53,496 bases of DNA. It comes from an uncultured Methanospirillum sp. (GTDB lineage Archaea; Halobacteriota; Methanomicrobia; Methanomicrobiales; Methanospirillaceae). The stretch spans positions 1 through 53,496 of the forward strand of contig CAZWTX010000016.1 of the NCBI GenBank assembly GCA_964637135.1, read 5' to 3'. Both the position numbers and the translations under genes were made by a program. Numbering within the stretch: the first letter of the stretch is position 1; every line of letters starts with the position of its first letter. Positions 7,989 to 18,165 of this stretch are shown here, piece by piece. A model generated the notes under the pieces. The model was given only the letters and a program-made list of their open reading frames with translations, searched no databases and was not told the origin of the DNA.

Positions 7989-10735
7989 TGACATCGGAAC
8001 AGGCCGGGCATTTTCTCCCGCAGGCCGGTATCTCTCATGATAATAATGACCTGATCCGGCATATCCGGGAGTGTTCAACAGAATGCATCCCTGATGAGAT
8101 TCTCGACAGGTATGATACCGCAGCCCTGCTTCTCGATGGTTCACTCTTGATCACCGGGATGAACCATGCTTTTCTGGACCTCTCCGGCTACCCGGCAGAT
8201 GAACTGCTTTCACGTTCGATAAAAACGTTCACCTTCTCCCTGGTTTCTGGAGAATCGATCTATGATGCGCAGAGCATGGGCCGGCAAACAACTGGAATTT
8301 CAGAGATCACTTTCAGGACAAAAAGTCGGTTCTGTTCCCATACCACGACCCCAATCGTTGTTACCGGACCAGCACGATGCATCTATCTTGTCATCTTCAA
8401 TCCTGACCCCGTGGATGGGAAAGTTGTCTACTCATACGAGACCATACTCCGGGATCTCCACCACGAAGATCCGGCCTATCTCTGCGAGAGAAACGGAATG
8501 ATCCTCTGCCGGGAAGGGGGTATACAGGATTGTGGAGATGAGAATATCCGGTTCATCGTGCAGGATCCACTCATTGCAGGACTCCCGGAGTCATCTATCA
8601 GGGAGATCCTCACCCCTGATAACAAAACCGGGGGGGCGGTATATACGAATACTCTTGGGGAGGTAATCTGGGTGTCAAGCAGGCTCATGCAGATCCCAAT
8701 CCTCAAACGGCAGGTAATATCAGTTATTATCCGAAAGATATCGGGGGTCATTCCGGTACCGGATCCGAATCAGAAATCTGGCCCTGGCAGTTCTCAAAAA
8801 TCAGTTGAAAATGTTTCAGCAACCCCGGAAACAGGATGCCATGATGGGTATCTGAAAGAATGCTGCCTGCTTCAGGACCTGATTCTTTCCGGGGAAAGGA
8901 TCACTGAACCCGGGTATGATCTCTCACCACGGACACGGCTTGCCCTTCTGATGGCTTCTTCATTCCGGGAAGATCTTGCTGCTATGACAGATGAAAAAGA
9001 AAGATGGGGCAATATTGATGTGGGGATGTACCAGGGACTATTCAGGGATCTTGCCGTGGTCATACAGTCCCTCTCCGATCGGCTGAAGAGACCTGATGTC
9101 AATCAACAGGCTTACTTTGCTAATATTGTTCATGAATTCGCTGATAACGTGACTGGTGGAGATCTCGCTGCCCGAATAGATCCGCAGAACTGTTCCGAAC
9201 CGGAATGCAGGGCTGCAGAAGCGCTAAACCGGATGCTTGATCACGTGGAACACCCGGTGCAGGCTCTTGCTGCCTGTGCGGCACAGATGAAGGAGGGCTG
9301 GATTCCCTCGTCAACCGGTTGTACCGATCCTGGCATTCTCGGGGATGTGATCAGGGATCTCGATGATGCCCTCCAGTCCCTGGAACAGATGATAGCAACC
9401 GTTGAATCACTAACCATGTCTGTTATGGAAGGAGAACTTTCACAACGGGGTTCGGTGATCGGGCTATCTGGGTATTATCAGGCCGTGGTTGCCGGAATGA
9501 ATATGATGCTTGAATCGATCACTGCCCCAGTCCTGGAGGTAAGCAGAGTTGCTGGAGCATATGCCGATTGTACCTTCACCGAGCGGATGGACGATGCAAT
9601 TCAATGTCATGGTGCCTTTGGCATCATGAAAGAATCCATGAACCGGATTGGGATTCGGTGTTCGGGTGTGGTAGGTGAGATTGACCGGGTTTGCAGCGAG
9701 TATGCAGACGGTAACTTCACCGGGCGGGTGAATAGAAAACTCGAAGTGAACGGTGACTTTGTTACGATACGTGAGTCCCTTGACAATATCGGGATCCAGA
9801 TCTCTGCAAGTATACGGGATTTAAAAACAGTATCCCATTCCCTTAATGAAGATACTGCGGAAATGAATCTGAGTGTAGCCCATGTTGCCGGAGAGGCAGA
9901 AATCCTCGCCACCCGCTCTGCTTCGGTCTCTCAACGGGCAAATCTCACCAGGTCAAAGGCAGGCGAGGTTATCGGTGCGATGGATGAAGTTCTTATGGCT
10001 GTTACCGGTGTTACCGAAAAGACCGGGACAATGGTAAAAATTGCCGGAGATGCAAACGATCTCTCATCGAAAGGGATCTCTCTTGCCGATCGGAGCCTGA
10101 AGGGGATGGATTCGATAACCTCGGCCTCTTCTTTGCTGAGGGAAGGGATAACTGCCATTCACCAGGAAATCAGCGAAATGGACCGGATTATTAGGGTGGT
10201 TACCGGTATTGCCACCCAGACAAACCTGCTTGCCGTGAATGCCGCCATCGAAGCTGCACATGCTGGTGTTCATGGGAGGGGATTTGCCGTTGTGGCAGGG
10301 GAGATCAAGACCCTTGCCGGTCATTCAAAAGAATCACTGCAACTGATTTCAGAAACAATCCACATGATGCACGCGGCTTTCGGGGATCTCGAATCACGGA
10401 TAACCCGGACAGAGGAAGAGATCACGGGGAGACATACAGATGTCAGGGAGACAATCTCGCTCTTTTCTGGCCTTATTAACCAGGTACAGACGATTGCTGG
10501 TGAAAGCAGGCAGATGGCAATCCTTGCGATGCAACAGGAACAGTTGATCACCCAGGTGAATGATCGGGTCAGGGAAATCGGGGTATTGATGGATGAGACC
10601 GTAACTGATGCCGGGTCTTCTACCGATGCATGTGTCTCCTCCTGTCGTTCTATCGATGAAATCTCCTCACGTATTGCAATGGTGGCATCCGGATCTGATA
10701 TGATGCAGTCACGAATAAGGAGATTCATAGTATAA
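7988..10735 (+). CDS. Soluble methyl-accepting chemotaxis protein with PAS and poly-HAMP regions
   Basis: QTNLLAVNAAIEAAHAG..GRGFAVVAGEIKTLA signalling hairpin, N-terminal PAS-like segment, repeated HAMP-like units and no transmembrane helix. Confidence 0.92.
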   Translation: MTSEQAGHFLPQAGISHDNNDLIRHIRECSTECIPDEILDRYDTAALLLDGSLLITGMNHAFLDLSGYPADELLSRSIKTFTFSLVSGESIYDAQSMGRQTTGISEITFRTKSRFCSHTTTPIVVTGPARCIYLVIFNPDPVDGKVVYSYETILRDLHHEDPAYLCERNGMILCREGGIQDCGDENIRFIVQDPLIAGLPESSIREILTPDNKTGGAVYTNTLGEVIWVSSRLMQIPILKRQVISVIIRKISGVIPVPDPNQKSGPGSSQKSVENVSATPETGCHDGYLKECCLLQDLILSGERITEPGYDLSPRTRLALLMASSFREDLAAMTDEKERWGNIDVGMYQGLFRDLAVVIQSLSDRLKRPDVNQQAYFANIVHEFADNVTGGDLAARIDPQNCSEPECRAAEALNRMLDHVEHPVQALAACAAQMKEGWIPSSTGCTDPGILGDVIRDLDDALQSLEQMIATVESLTMSVMEGELSQRGSVIGLSGYYQAVVAGMNMMLESITAPVLEVSRVAGAYADCTFTERMDDAIQCHGAFGIMKESMNRIGIRCSGVVGEIDRVCSEYADGNFTGRVNRKLEVNGDFVTIRESLDNIGIQISASIRDLKTVSHSLNEDTAEMNLSVAHVAGEAEILATRSASVSQRANLTRSKAGEVIGAMDEVLMAVTGVTEKTGTMVKIAGDANDLSSKGISLADRSLKGMDSITSASSLLREGITAIHQEISEMDRIIRVVTGIATQTNLLAVNAAIEAAHAGVHGRGFAVVAGEIKTLAGHSKESLQLISETIHMMHAAFGDLESRITRTEEEITGRHTDVRETISLFSGLINQVQTIAGESRQMAILAMQQEQLITQVNDRVREIGVLMDETVTDAGSSTDACVSSCRSIDEISSRIAMVASGSDMMQSRIRRFIV

Positions 10736-10863
10736 GGGAGGTAAATATCCATATCTTTTTGTAAAAAATATAATCAATACAAAATATCATATCTCTCTAT
10801 AGTCTCCTGTGAAGACCCTTTTTTCTATACCTGCTCTTTTCATACCGCAGGTGATTAAACCTC

Positions 10864-11346
10864 ATGAAACAGATCTCTGGCATTATCATCATCATCGCCC
10901 TGATCGGACTTCTTTTTGGGGCAGCCTTTGTGTGTGGCTGTACCGGTACCACGGAGAATTCCGCAGCGCAACCCGCACCGGTTGAGACCACGGTAGCCCC
11001 CGTTGAAGAAATGACTGTCGAGGAGACGGCCGCACCGGTTGCCGAGGCAACCATGGCAGCAGAACCGGTCATGACCAGCGAGACCATCGTCGAGGAAGTC
11101 GTTGTTGAAGCAAACACAACCGAGACCGGGACCAATATGACTGCCCCGATCGAGCCGGTGCTGACCAGCGAGACCATCGTCGAGGAAGTCATCGGTGAAG
11201 CAAACGCGACCGGAACGGCAGCAGCATCTGTCCAGTCCCCGGTTCCGGAACAGAACGCATCAGAAGAGATGGTCACCCCGTCCGGGAACGAGACCGTAAC
11301 AAGCCCGGTATCCACTGTTGCTCCGGTGACAACCGCGGCAGTATAA
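10864..11346 (+). CDS. Thr/Glu/Ala/Pro-rich putative lipoprotein
   Basis: Signal peptide ending in the lipobox-like VCGC, a low-complexity body, and AGGTGA upstream of the ATG. Confidence 0.75.
   Translation: MKQISGIIIIIALIGLLFGAAFVCGCTGTTENSAAQPAPVETTVAPVEEMTVEETAAPVAEATMAAEPVMTSETIVEEVVVEANTTETGTNMTAPIEPVLTSETIVEEVIGEANATGTAAASVQSPVPEQNASEEMVTPSGNETVTSPVSTVAPVTTAAV
11062..11211 (+). repeat. Intragenic direct repeat, 90-bp period
   Basis: TGACCAGCGAGACCATCGTCGAGGAAGTC is identical at 11072-11100 and 11162-11190, with similar flanks. It encodes EPVxTSETIVEEVxxEAN twice. Confidence 0.9.
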
Positions 11347-11354
11347 CCCGATAA

Positions 11355-11380
11355 CGGGAGAGATCCCGCTTCTTTTTTTC
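11355..11380 (+). terminator. Hairpin plus oligo-T terminator
   Basis: CGGGA-GAGA-TCCCG followed by CTTCTTTTTTTC directly after the lipoprotein stop. Confidence 0.6.
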
Positions 11381-11482
11381 TCTATAGAACTCCGGTTCAT
11401 CAGGTAATACGGAGTGCTCTACATCGTATGTCGGTCACGCCTATGAGTCACGATGGTGAATGGTAGTAACAGGTTTCCATTT

Positions 11483-12361
11483 ATGGCAGACTACAAACAT
11501 GTTCTGGTAATTCCGGTTCTGGTCATCCTGATCCTTGGTACTGTGCTTCTTTGCGGATGCACCCAGAGTTCAGCCCCCGGGGAGAAACTGGGTACTGAAA
11601 ATCAGGCCGAGACCGGCAAGACCCTTTCAGTAACCGGTTCAACCACGGTTCTCCCGGTAGCTGCGCAGGCGGCAGATGCGTACATGGATATCCATCCTGA
11701 TGTTGATATCCAGGTCAATGGCGGAGGATCAGGGGTTGGTGTCCAGTCAGCCGGTGAAGGAACAGCAATGATTGGTATGATCTCCCGTGATCTGAAAGCC
11801 GAAGAGAAGGAAAAATACCCTGATCTTACGGAACACCAGATTGCAACCGATGGTATTGCGATCATCGTGAACAAGGATAACACGGTTCCATCCCTGACCC
11901 TTGAACAGGTAAAAGCAATTTACAGCGGGAATGTCACCAACTGGAAAGATGTCGGCGGCCAGGATGCCGCTATCGTGGTTGTCGGCAGGGATAGTGCTTC
12001 CGGAACGAGAGAGTACTTCCATGAGTCGGTCATGAAGAAGGAAGACTTCGTTCAGACCCAGCTCGAGAAGAACTCGAACGGTGCGGTCAAGCAGACCGTG
12101 GAGCAGACGTCTGATGCCATCGGATATGTCGGTCTCGGGTATATCGATGATACCATCAGGGCAGTCCCGATAAACGTGAACGGCAATCTGGTCACCCCGA
12201 CAATTGAACATGTCCTTGCCGGAACCTACCCGGTTTCCCGGCCGCTCCACCTGGTGACAAAGGGTGAACCAGAAGGATCAGCTGCAGCGTTCATTGCATT
12301 CATCACCAGTCCTGACGGGCAGAAGATCGTGAGCGAAGAGGGATTCGTCCCCCTCCAGTAA
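11483..12361 (+). CDS. pstS: Phosphate ABC transporter substrate-binding lipoprotein
   Basis: GSTTV, GGGSGVG, SRDLK, GRDSASGT, AIGYVG and YPVSRPL motifs; LCGC lipobox. Start is uncertain (11453 or 11483). Confidence 0.92.
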   Translation: MADYKHVLVIPVLVILILGTVLLCGCTQSSAPGEKLGTENQAETGKTLSVTGSTTVLPVAAQAADAYMDIHPDVDIQVNGGGSGVGVQSAGEGTAMIGMISRDLKAEEKEKYPDLTEHQIATDGIAIIVNKDNTVPSLTLEQVKAIYSGNVTNWKDVGGQDAAIVVVGRDSASGTREYFHESVMKKEDFVQTQLEKNSNGAVKQTVEQTSDAIGYVGLGYIDDTIRAVPINVNGNLVTPTIEHVLAGTYPVSRPLHLVTKGEPEGSAAAFIAFITSPDGQKIVSEEGFVPLQ

Positions 12362-12366
12362 CTTTT

Positions 12367-13485
12367 TCAGGGAATTATCTCGCATCCGTTGTACTTTTCA
12401 TGGGCAAAGGATGCCAGCGATATCGTTCCGGCTGATATCAGGTCACGGATATCAGGAAGGATCGCTTCAAGGGTCGTCTTTAAAGATCTGACGGTATCAC
12501 AGACCAAATCTGACCCTTCTTCCGGCCAGGGGGCCATGATTGCCGAGTACAGACATCTTCCGCCACAAAAATCCCTGATGTCGCAGGTCATGCACCTGCC
12601 TGGAACGGTTGTCTCCGGGAGCCTGAGGGGATCGGCATCGATGATATTGCCTGCATAATACTGACTCATTCCCACCATGATCGGGCAGGGAGCGATCATG
12701 CCATCAGGAAGAACCGTGTAGTTGGCAAATCCGCTCCCACAGCGGAGTTTTGTTTTCCGGCACAGAAGCATATCCTCAATGGGATCGATAAACGGATACC
12801 ACCGGGGAACGGTACCGGATTCACGAATCCGTCTCACCCAGTCTTTTGCCAGGATTGCAATCCCGGGATTGTATGAATGGCGTGACCATTCCGAAAACCG
12901 CCTGATATCGTAATCGTTCCAGAAATTTGCATCCATCTGCCAGTGGATGGAGGAGAAGGAATAGTCGGGATTGTCAGCAAGGTACCTGACCGCTGCTGCA
13001 ATATTCGTCTCCTCGTGAACGGTCATCCGTGCGATGATCTCCCCGGCGTATCCCCCGTCATGTATAGCCCTGATATTTTCCATGACACGACGGTAGGTTC
13101 CGTGTCCGCGGCCGGTGTCTGTTAGGGGTTCATCTCCGTCTATCGAGACCAGAATAGTCTCAAACCGGTTAATTATCTCCGACGGGAGTTGGTTTAACAA
13201 AAGCCCGTTCGTCTGGATCATGAACCGTGATACCGGTGCCTCTTTCATGATCCGGGCGATGAGGTCTGGTCGTAATGTCGGCTCCCCGCCGATGAAGGTC
13301 ACAACGGCACCAGGATCCCGGCCGAGGAACCGGTAGAGATCTGAAAGAGGGTAGATGGTGTCGGTTGGGATATCTGCATCAACTATCACGTCATCGCGTT
13401 CCAGTTCAGGGACATCAAATATTTTACCCCGGCAGTACCGGCACGCGAGATTACACTCATCAGTAAGGAAGAGATGGATGAACAC
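12367..13485 (-). CDS. Radical SAM/SPASM domain protein (archaeal TIGR04084-like)
   Basis: CNLACRYC motif, GGEP, and SPASM cysteines (CGSG...CP...CxxC....CGGRC...C); ends in EIIP. A GTG start at about 13485 avoids overlap with the divergent gene. Confidence 0.88.
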   Translation of the reverse strand: MFIHLFLTDECNLACRYCRGKIFDVPELERDDVIVDADIPTDTIYPLSDLYRFLGRDPGAVVTFIGGEPTLRPDLIARIMKEAPVSRFMIQTNGLLLNQLPSEIINRFETILVSIDGDEPLTDTGRGHGTYRRVMENIRAIHDGGYAGEIIARMTVHEETNIAAAVRYLADNPDYSFSSIHWQMDANFWNDYDIRRFSEWSRHSYNPGIAILAKDWVRRIRESGTVPRWYPFIDPIEDMLLCRKTKLRCGSGFANYTVLPDGMIAPCPIMVGMSQYYAGNIIDADPLRLPETTVPGRCMTCDIRDFCGGRCLYSAIMAPWPEEGSDLVCDTVRSLKTTLEAILPDIRDLISAGTISLASFAHEKYNGCEIIP

Positions 13486-13581
13486 GACGATCCCATAGGT
13501 ATGGCAGTCAGGATGAATACCTCTATCCCCGGACAAATGGTGATAAGGGGGGAGAACATAGCATACATCTCAGACGATACG

Positions 13582-13959
13582 ATGACAATCCGGGTACTCC
13601 TCATGGATGACGAACCCTCAATCGGCGAGATAACCGGAATACTCCTCCGGAAACTGGGGTATGATCCGGTTATCACCATGAATGGTGAGGATACTGTCCG
13701 GGAGTTTATCGCGGCGAAAAACGGGGGAATCCCATTTGACATCGTTATTCTTGATCTCACCATTCCCGGGGGGATCGGGGGGAAGGAAGTATTCGGACTG
13801 CTCAGAGAGATCGATCCTGGAGTGAATGCACTTGTATCGAGCGGTGATCTCTCCGACCCCGCGGTAACAGAATACCATGAGCATGGCTTTGCAGGAATTC
13901 TCGCGAAACCATACAACAAAAAGATCCTTGACGAGACCATCCGGCGGGTATTACCGTAG
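13582..13959 (+). CDS. Stand-alone response regulator receiver protein
   Basis: LLMDDE, ILDLTIPGG, SSG and AKPY receiver motifs. Confidence 0.9.
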   Translation: MTIRVLLMDDEPSIGEITGILLRKLGYDPVITMNGEDTVREFIAAKNGGIPFDIVILDLTIPGGIGGKEVFGLLREIDPGVNALVSSGDLSDPAVTEYHEHGFAGILAKPYNKKILDETIRRVLP

Positions 13960-14123
13960 CGTTTTCATCTGTTCCGGATACCCCTGATTCATCCAGGATA
14001 CCTTATTCCTGTTAAAAAATCTTTCATCAGTGGTGATCCCTGCTCCTGTTTTTTCTCTGCACCAGACCCTGCCGGTGTAGAATGTCCTGATCGATCTTGT
14101 TATCCGGGTCAGGATGTAACAGC

Positions 14124-15257
14124 ATGTCAGTGAACGCCGATCACCTCCCCGCCCCGAACCGGAAAATCTCCCTGCTCTCGGAAATATCCGGTTCTGTAGC
14201 CGATTTCGGAACGATCCTTCCGCTTCTTCTTGCCGTTTCCCTGGTTTGCGGGATGGATCTTCCTCTTATGACAACCGGCATCGGGATCTGCTATATCCTA
14301 AGTGGAATCTATTATCGCATCCCGGTTTCTGTGGAACCGCTCAAGGTGGTTGCCTCAGTCGCGATCGCCCAGCACCTGCTCCCGGAAGAGATCGCCGCCG
14401 CCGGGATCCTGACCGGATTGGTTTTCATCGGGATCGGATTGACCGGGATGATGGGATACCTCCAGGAACGGATCCCGGAACCGGTGATCCGGGGAATCCA
14501 ACTCGGACTTGGTCTTATCCTGCTCAGAACAGCGTTCACTGATTTTGTTATCCAAAGCCCGGTCTCCACAGCGGTGTTCACCGGTGTAATTCTTCTGTTC
14601 CTGTTCCTCAGGTGGAGATATCATACCCCGGATCTCTCGGCTATCCTTGTTATTATCTCAGGATTCGGGATACTTTTCCTGACGACCGGCCTGCCCGGGG
14701 TGTATACACTTCCGGTTCCGCATCTGACCCTCCCCCCCGTTGCTGCACTGGTATCAGCCGGACTGTTCATCGTCCCGGCCCAGTTTCCCCTTACCCTCAC
14801 GAATGCGATCCTCTCGACATCGCTTCTCATATCAGATCTCTACAAACGAACCATCCCGCCTGACCGGCTGAGCATCACGGTTGGTATGATGTCCCTTGCC
14901 CTCTCGATCACCGGGGCATTTCCATCCTGCCATGGAGCAGGAGGAGTGGCAGCCCATTACCGGTTCGGGGCACGTACCGGGTATGCCATTATTTTCGGGG
15001 GTTTCATCCTGATAGCGATGGCATTTCTCTTTTCTGATCCCCGTATTCCATCCAGTCTTCCGCCGGGAATGTTCGGGGCACTTCTCATCTTTGTCGCCGT
15101 TGAACTTATGAAAACTGCCATGAAAAGTTCCAGCCGCATGATCACCTGGGGAATGGCAATAGCAGCCGTCATCGGAGGAATGGCACCGGCATTTATCCTG
15201 GGTCTTGCTATGGCTTATGCACAGCCGTGGCTATGTTCACTGGCGAGGGGTGAATAA
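14124..15257 (+). CDS. Molybdate/sulfate transporter (MOT1-like)
   Basis: EISGSVADFGT, PVSVEPLK, VIRGIQLGLG and CHGAGGVAAHYRFGART motifs; polytopic membrane protein. Confidence 0.85.
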   Translation: MSVNADHLPAPNRKISLLSEISGSVADFGTILPLLLAVSLVCGMDLPLMTTGIGICYILSGIYYRIPVSVEPLKVVASVAIAQHLLPEEIAAAGILTGLVFIGIGLTGMMGYLQERIPEPVIRGIQLGLGLILLRTAFTDFVIQSPVSTAVFTGVILLFLFLRWRYHTPDLSAILVIISGFGILFLTTGLPGVYTLPVPHLTLPPVAALVSAGLFIVPAQFPLTLTNAILSTSLLISDLYKRTIPPDRLSITVGMMSLALSITGAFPSCHGAGGVAAHYRFGARTGYAIIFGGFILIAMAFLFSDPRIPSSLPPGMFGALLIFVAVELMKTAMKSSSRMITWGMAIAAVIGGMAPAFILGLAMAYAQPWLCSLARGE

Positions 15258-15365
15258 ACAAAACCCGATCCGGCCGATCAATGGAACCGGAACTATAGCC
15301 GGGAAAGTGAAGAACTGCCGTGTCCGTTATTCCGGCAGTTGCTCATCCGGCCCTCAAAAACCTGA

Positions 15366-18071
15366 TCACTCCTCTTCGTTTTCCTCGTCTTCTCCTGATG
15401 AATCATCTTCTGGGATCGGTTCCGCCGCTTCTTCGGGAGCCGGTGACCTGGTCTCATCCTCCTGTTTTTGCATCCGTCCGGAGCGTGTCCTGGCGATAAG
15501 AAGGATAAACCCGCTGAGAAGCAGGCCGGCAAGAGCCCCGACACCGAGATAGAGGAGGGGACTATGATCGGCTGGCAGCCGGGGGAGAGCGGGTTTTTCT
15601 TTTGGTGATACCTCCGGCAGGGGTTCGGCAATCGTGGGTGTTACGGCCGGTGTAATGGGTGATTCCTGAACAGACACATAAATAGTCACTTCTTCAACCG
15701 GTGTCAGGACAGCCTGTGGTTCGGTTGTTGTCGTGATGTTCACCACATCCCCGGCAGGGGGAACCGGAAGGATGGCAAGCAGGCCTGAGTCGCTTGCCCG
15801 TGATGAGACCGCCTGCACAAATACCCGGTATTCACCGATATCCAGTCTGCCGGGAGGAATGGTCAGGCTGAATATCCGGTCTTCGCGAGGCCCGGGCATC
15901 ACCTCTGCCGTTCCCGAGAACCCGTCACTCCCCCGATCACTTCCCTTGATTGTCGGAATGAACTGGTTGTCAGTGATCTCAATCAGGAGCCGGTCTCCGA
16001 CTGCCAGGTTGGTTGTACCGGTGACATATACCGGTTCATAGAGGAAGTACTCCGCACTGGCATCATCAAGCACAATTTTCGGGGAACGTATTGTTATCTC
16101 CCTCGTTGAATAGGTATCATCGATGAACGGGCTTTTTAATGCGTTTATCAGGGCCGAAGCAGCCGAAGAAGAATCCAGGGCACCCGGTCCGGAAATCCTG
16201 AACTGGGGGGCTCCCGGGTAGGGGTATGAACCGAGAACCAGTTCTCTTCTTCCGTCAGGCCAGATATCGAATTCGCCGTTACCCATCGGGTGCTGGATCA
16301 CCACGAGGTATTGTCCCGGAACAAGTGATTCGGTCTGGCTTTCCCTGAGTTCATATTCAAAGAATCCGCCGGAATCCACCGGTACCGTATCGTAGATCAT
16401 CCGGTTATGGCCAAATATCCAGATTGCGACCCCGTTGTATGCCCCTGCACTTACCCCGGTGATGTACAGGGGATCCCCGGCAGCAATAACGGATGGTCCG
16501 TTCTCCACGGCAAATACCGGCCGGCGGAGCGTTAGCGAGAGGGTCTCATATGGATTACCGGAGAGGTGGTTCCGGTCCACCGGGGCTGAGACAGCATAGA
16601 TTGTGTAGGTTCCTGCATCTATCCCGAGGTTTCCGGTCCTGAACCGGTACTCCCAGGTTTCACAGTCTCCGTCTGCCATCGTGAACGAACCGGGATCCAT
16701 ATTCCTCACCTCCCGGTCCGGAGCTTCCAGTCGTGATCCCGAAGAAGGAAGATTCGGGCCGGTCATGAAGAGATATGTCTCACAGGATCCGCTGTTCCGC
16801 CCGCTGAGCAGGATCTCTTCTCCCATCGGGTAGGAATCCCTTCCGGTGTTCAGGCTGATCTCTCCTTTAGTCACCCTGATCTCTGTCGAATCATGTATCA
16901 CCCTCCCGGATCCCGATCTCCCTTCTAGATTGATGGTATACGTCCCATCCCTCGTCGCGGAAGAGGTCCGCAGTTCAACAACCCGTCTGCCGTCGCTATC
17001 AGGAACGACTGCTGCATAATACTTGACGCCATGGTATGGTTCATCTGAAACGAGTTGTTTAAGGGGTTTACCACTCTCCGATTCAACAGGATAGGATCCT
17101 ATCACGTATGGCCCTTCAGGGAGATCCTGCGTCACTCCTGACTGGGCAAAGAGGATCATCGGTGCCTGGTCACCATATTCTCCGGACCGGGATGAGGATT
17201 CTACCCAGAGATGGTATTGCATTCCGGGAGAACCAGTAATCTCAACGGTGAATGGATTGCCTCTTGTCACTGCTGACCGGGCTGTAAGGGAGAGGGTGTC
17301 GCTCCCGAATGTCAGGCTGGTTCCCCTGATATCATCAGTATACGGGGTTCCGGCGAGATTGGAGTCAATGCGGTTCAATGTCACCCGGGGTGAGATCCGA
17401 TACACGCCGGTATAGTCTGATCGGCCCTGGCTCACCGGATCAGTATCCCACCCGCCGGATGAAAGGGGCGGGATATAATCCGGATTTCCTGCTGGTGTGA
17501 GCCTGAGAAGGGAATACGAGCCATGATACGGTGTCTGGATCGAGGTCAGTGTTCCTCCGGCAGGGGTGGTTACGAGAAGGTCATATACGCCGTCACGGAC
17601 CGGATCGTATCCCGGACGTCGGCTGACCGGTTCGAGGTTTGATTCAACTGCAATCAGGAGCGGGCTGCCCCGGGTGGCAACTCCCCCTGAAACATCCTTC
17701 ATGGTCTCACGGTTGATAACCTTCACCTGGATACGGGGTACTCTCACGATAAAGGCAACAGAACCCGGTCTCTGGAGCCGGCTGTCCCACTGGTACCACG
17801 TTCCGGTAAGCCCGGCAAACAAAACCGGAAGGATTGAGAATCTTCGCCCGTCCACGCGGATGATATCTGAGGGAGTTTCAGAGGAAGGAGATGAACCGGG
17901 AGGGAAGAAGGCAATTGCATCGTATGGATAAGGAACTGCCTGGCTGATATCAAGTCCCTCCTCTCCGAGGAATACCTCTCCCCCCGGAGGGATGATGGTG
18001 GTCTCTCCATAAACCGGAACCAGCACGGAGATCAGCATCACCAGGAGAAGCAGGCAGGTTCTGACATGCAT
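15366..18071 (-). CDS. Large surface/S-layer-like protein (DUF3821-type N-terminus, C-terminal TM anchor)
   Basis: Signal peptide, GGEVFLGEEGLDIS, GTYTIYAVS, GQYLVVIQHPM and GTTNLAVGD. A Pro/Thr linker precedes a TM helix and an acidic tail. AGGAG lies before ATG 18071. Confidence 0.8.
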   Translation of the reverse strand: MHVRTCLLLLVMLISVLVPVYGETTIIPPGGEVFLGEEGLDISQAVPYPYDAIAFFPPGSSPSSETPSDIIRVDGRRFSILPVLFAGLTGTWYQWDSRLQRPGSVAFIVRVPRIQVKVINRETMKDVSGGVATRGSPLLIAVESNLEPVSRRPGYDPVRDGVYDLLVTTPAGGTLTSIQTPYHGSYSLLRLTPAGNPDYIPPLSSGGWDTDPVSQGRSDYTGVYRISPRVTLNRIDSNLAGTPYTDDIRGTSLTFGSDTLSLTARSAVTRGNPFTVEITGSPGMQYHLWVESSSRSGEYGDQAPMILFAQSGVTQDLPEGPYVIGSYPVESESGKPLKQLVSDEPYHGVKYYAAVVPDSDGRRVVELRTSSATRDGTYTINLEGRSGSGRVIHDSTEIRVTKGEISLNTGRDSYPMGEEILLSGRNSGSCETYLFMTGPNLPSSGSRLEAPDREVRNMDPGSFTMADGDCETWEYRFRTGNLGIDAGTYTIYAVSAPVDRNHLSGNPYETLSLTLRRPVFAVENGPSVIAAGDPLYITGVSAGAYNGVAIWIFGHNRMIYDTVPVDSGGFFEYELRESQTESLVPGQYLVVIQHPMGNGEFDIWPDGRRELVLGSYPYPGAPQFRISGPGALDSSSAASALINALKSPFIDDTYSTREITIRSPKIVLDDASAEYFLYEPVYVTGTTNLAVGDRLLIEITDNQFIPTIKGSDRGSDGFSGTAEVMPGPREDRIFSLTIPPGRLDIGEYRVFVQAVSSRASDSGLLAILPVPPAGDVVNITTTTEPQAVLTPVEEVTIYVSVQESPITPAVTPTIAEPLPEVSPKEKPALPRLPADHSPLLYLGVGALAGLLLSGFILLIARTRSGRMQKQEDETRSPAPEEAAEPIPEDDSSGEDEENEEE

Positions 18072-18165
18072 GCACTCCTTCTGTACTGATCCTATAAGAG
18101 GTTCATGGCGGAATATCAGGAACATACCGGCGGGAAAAATAACTCGTTGGGTCAGTATCCTTGAA

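Noticed and set aside
11062..11211. 29-bp repeat pair as a mini CRISPR array
   Set aside because: Only two copies, in frame within a coding sequence at a 90-bp period, and no cas genes. No CRISPR array was seen anywhere in the window.
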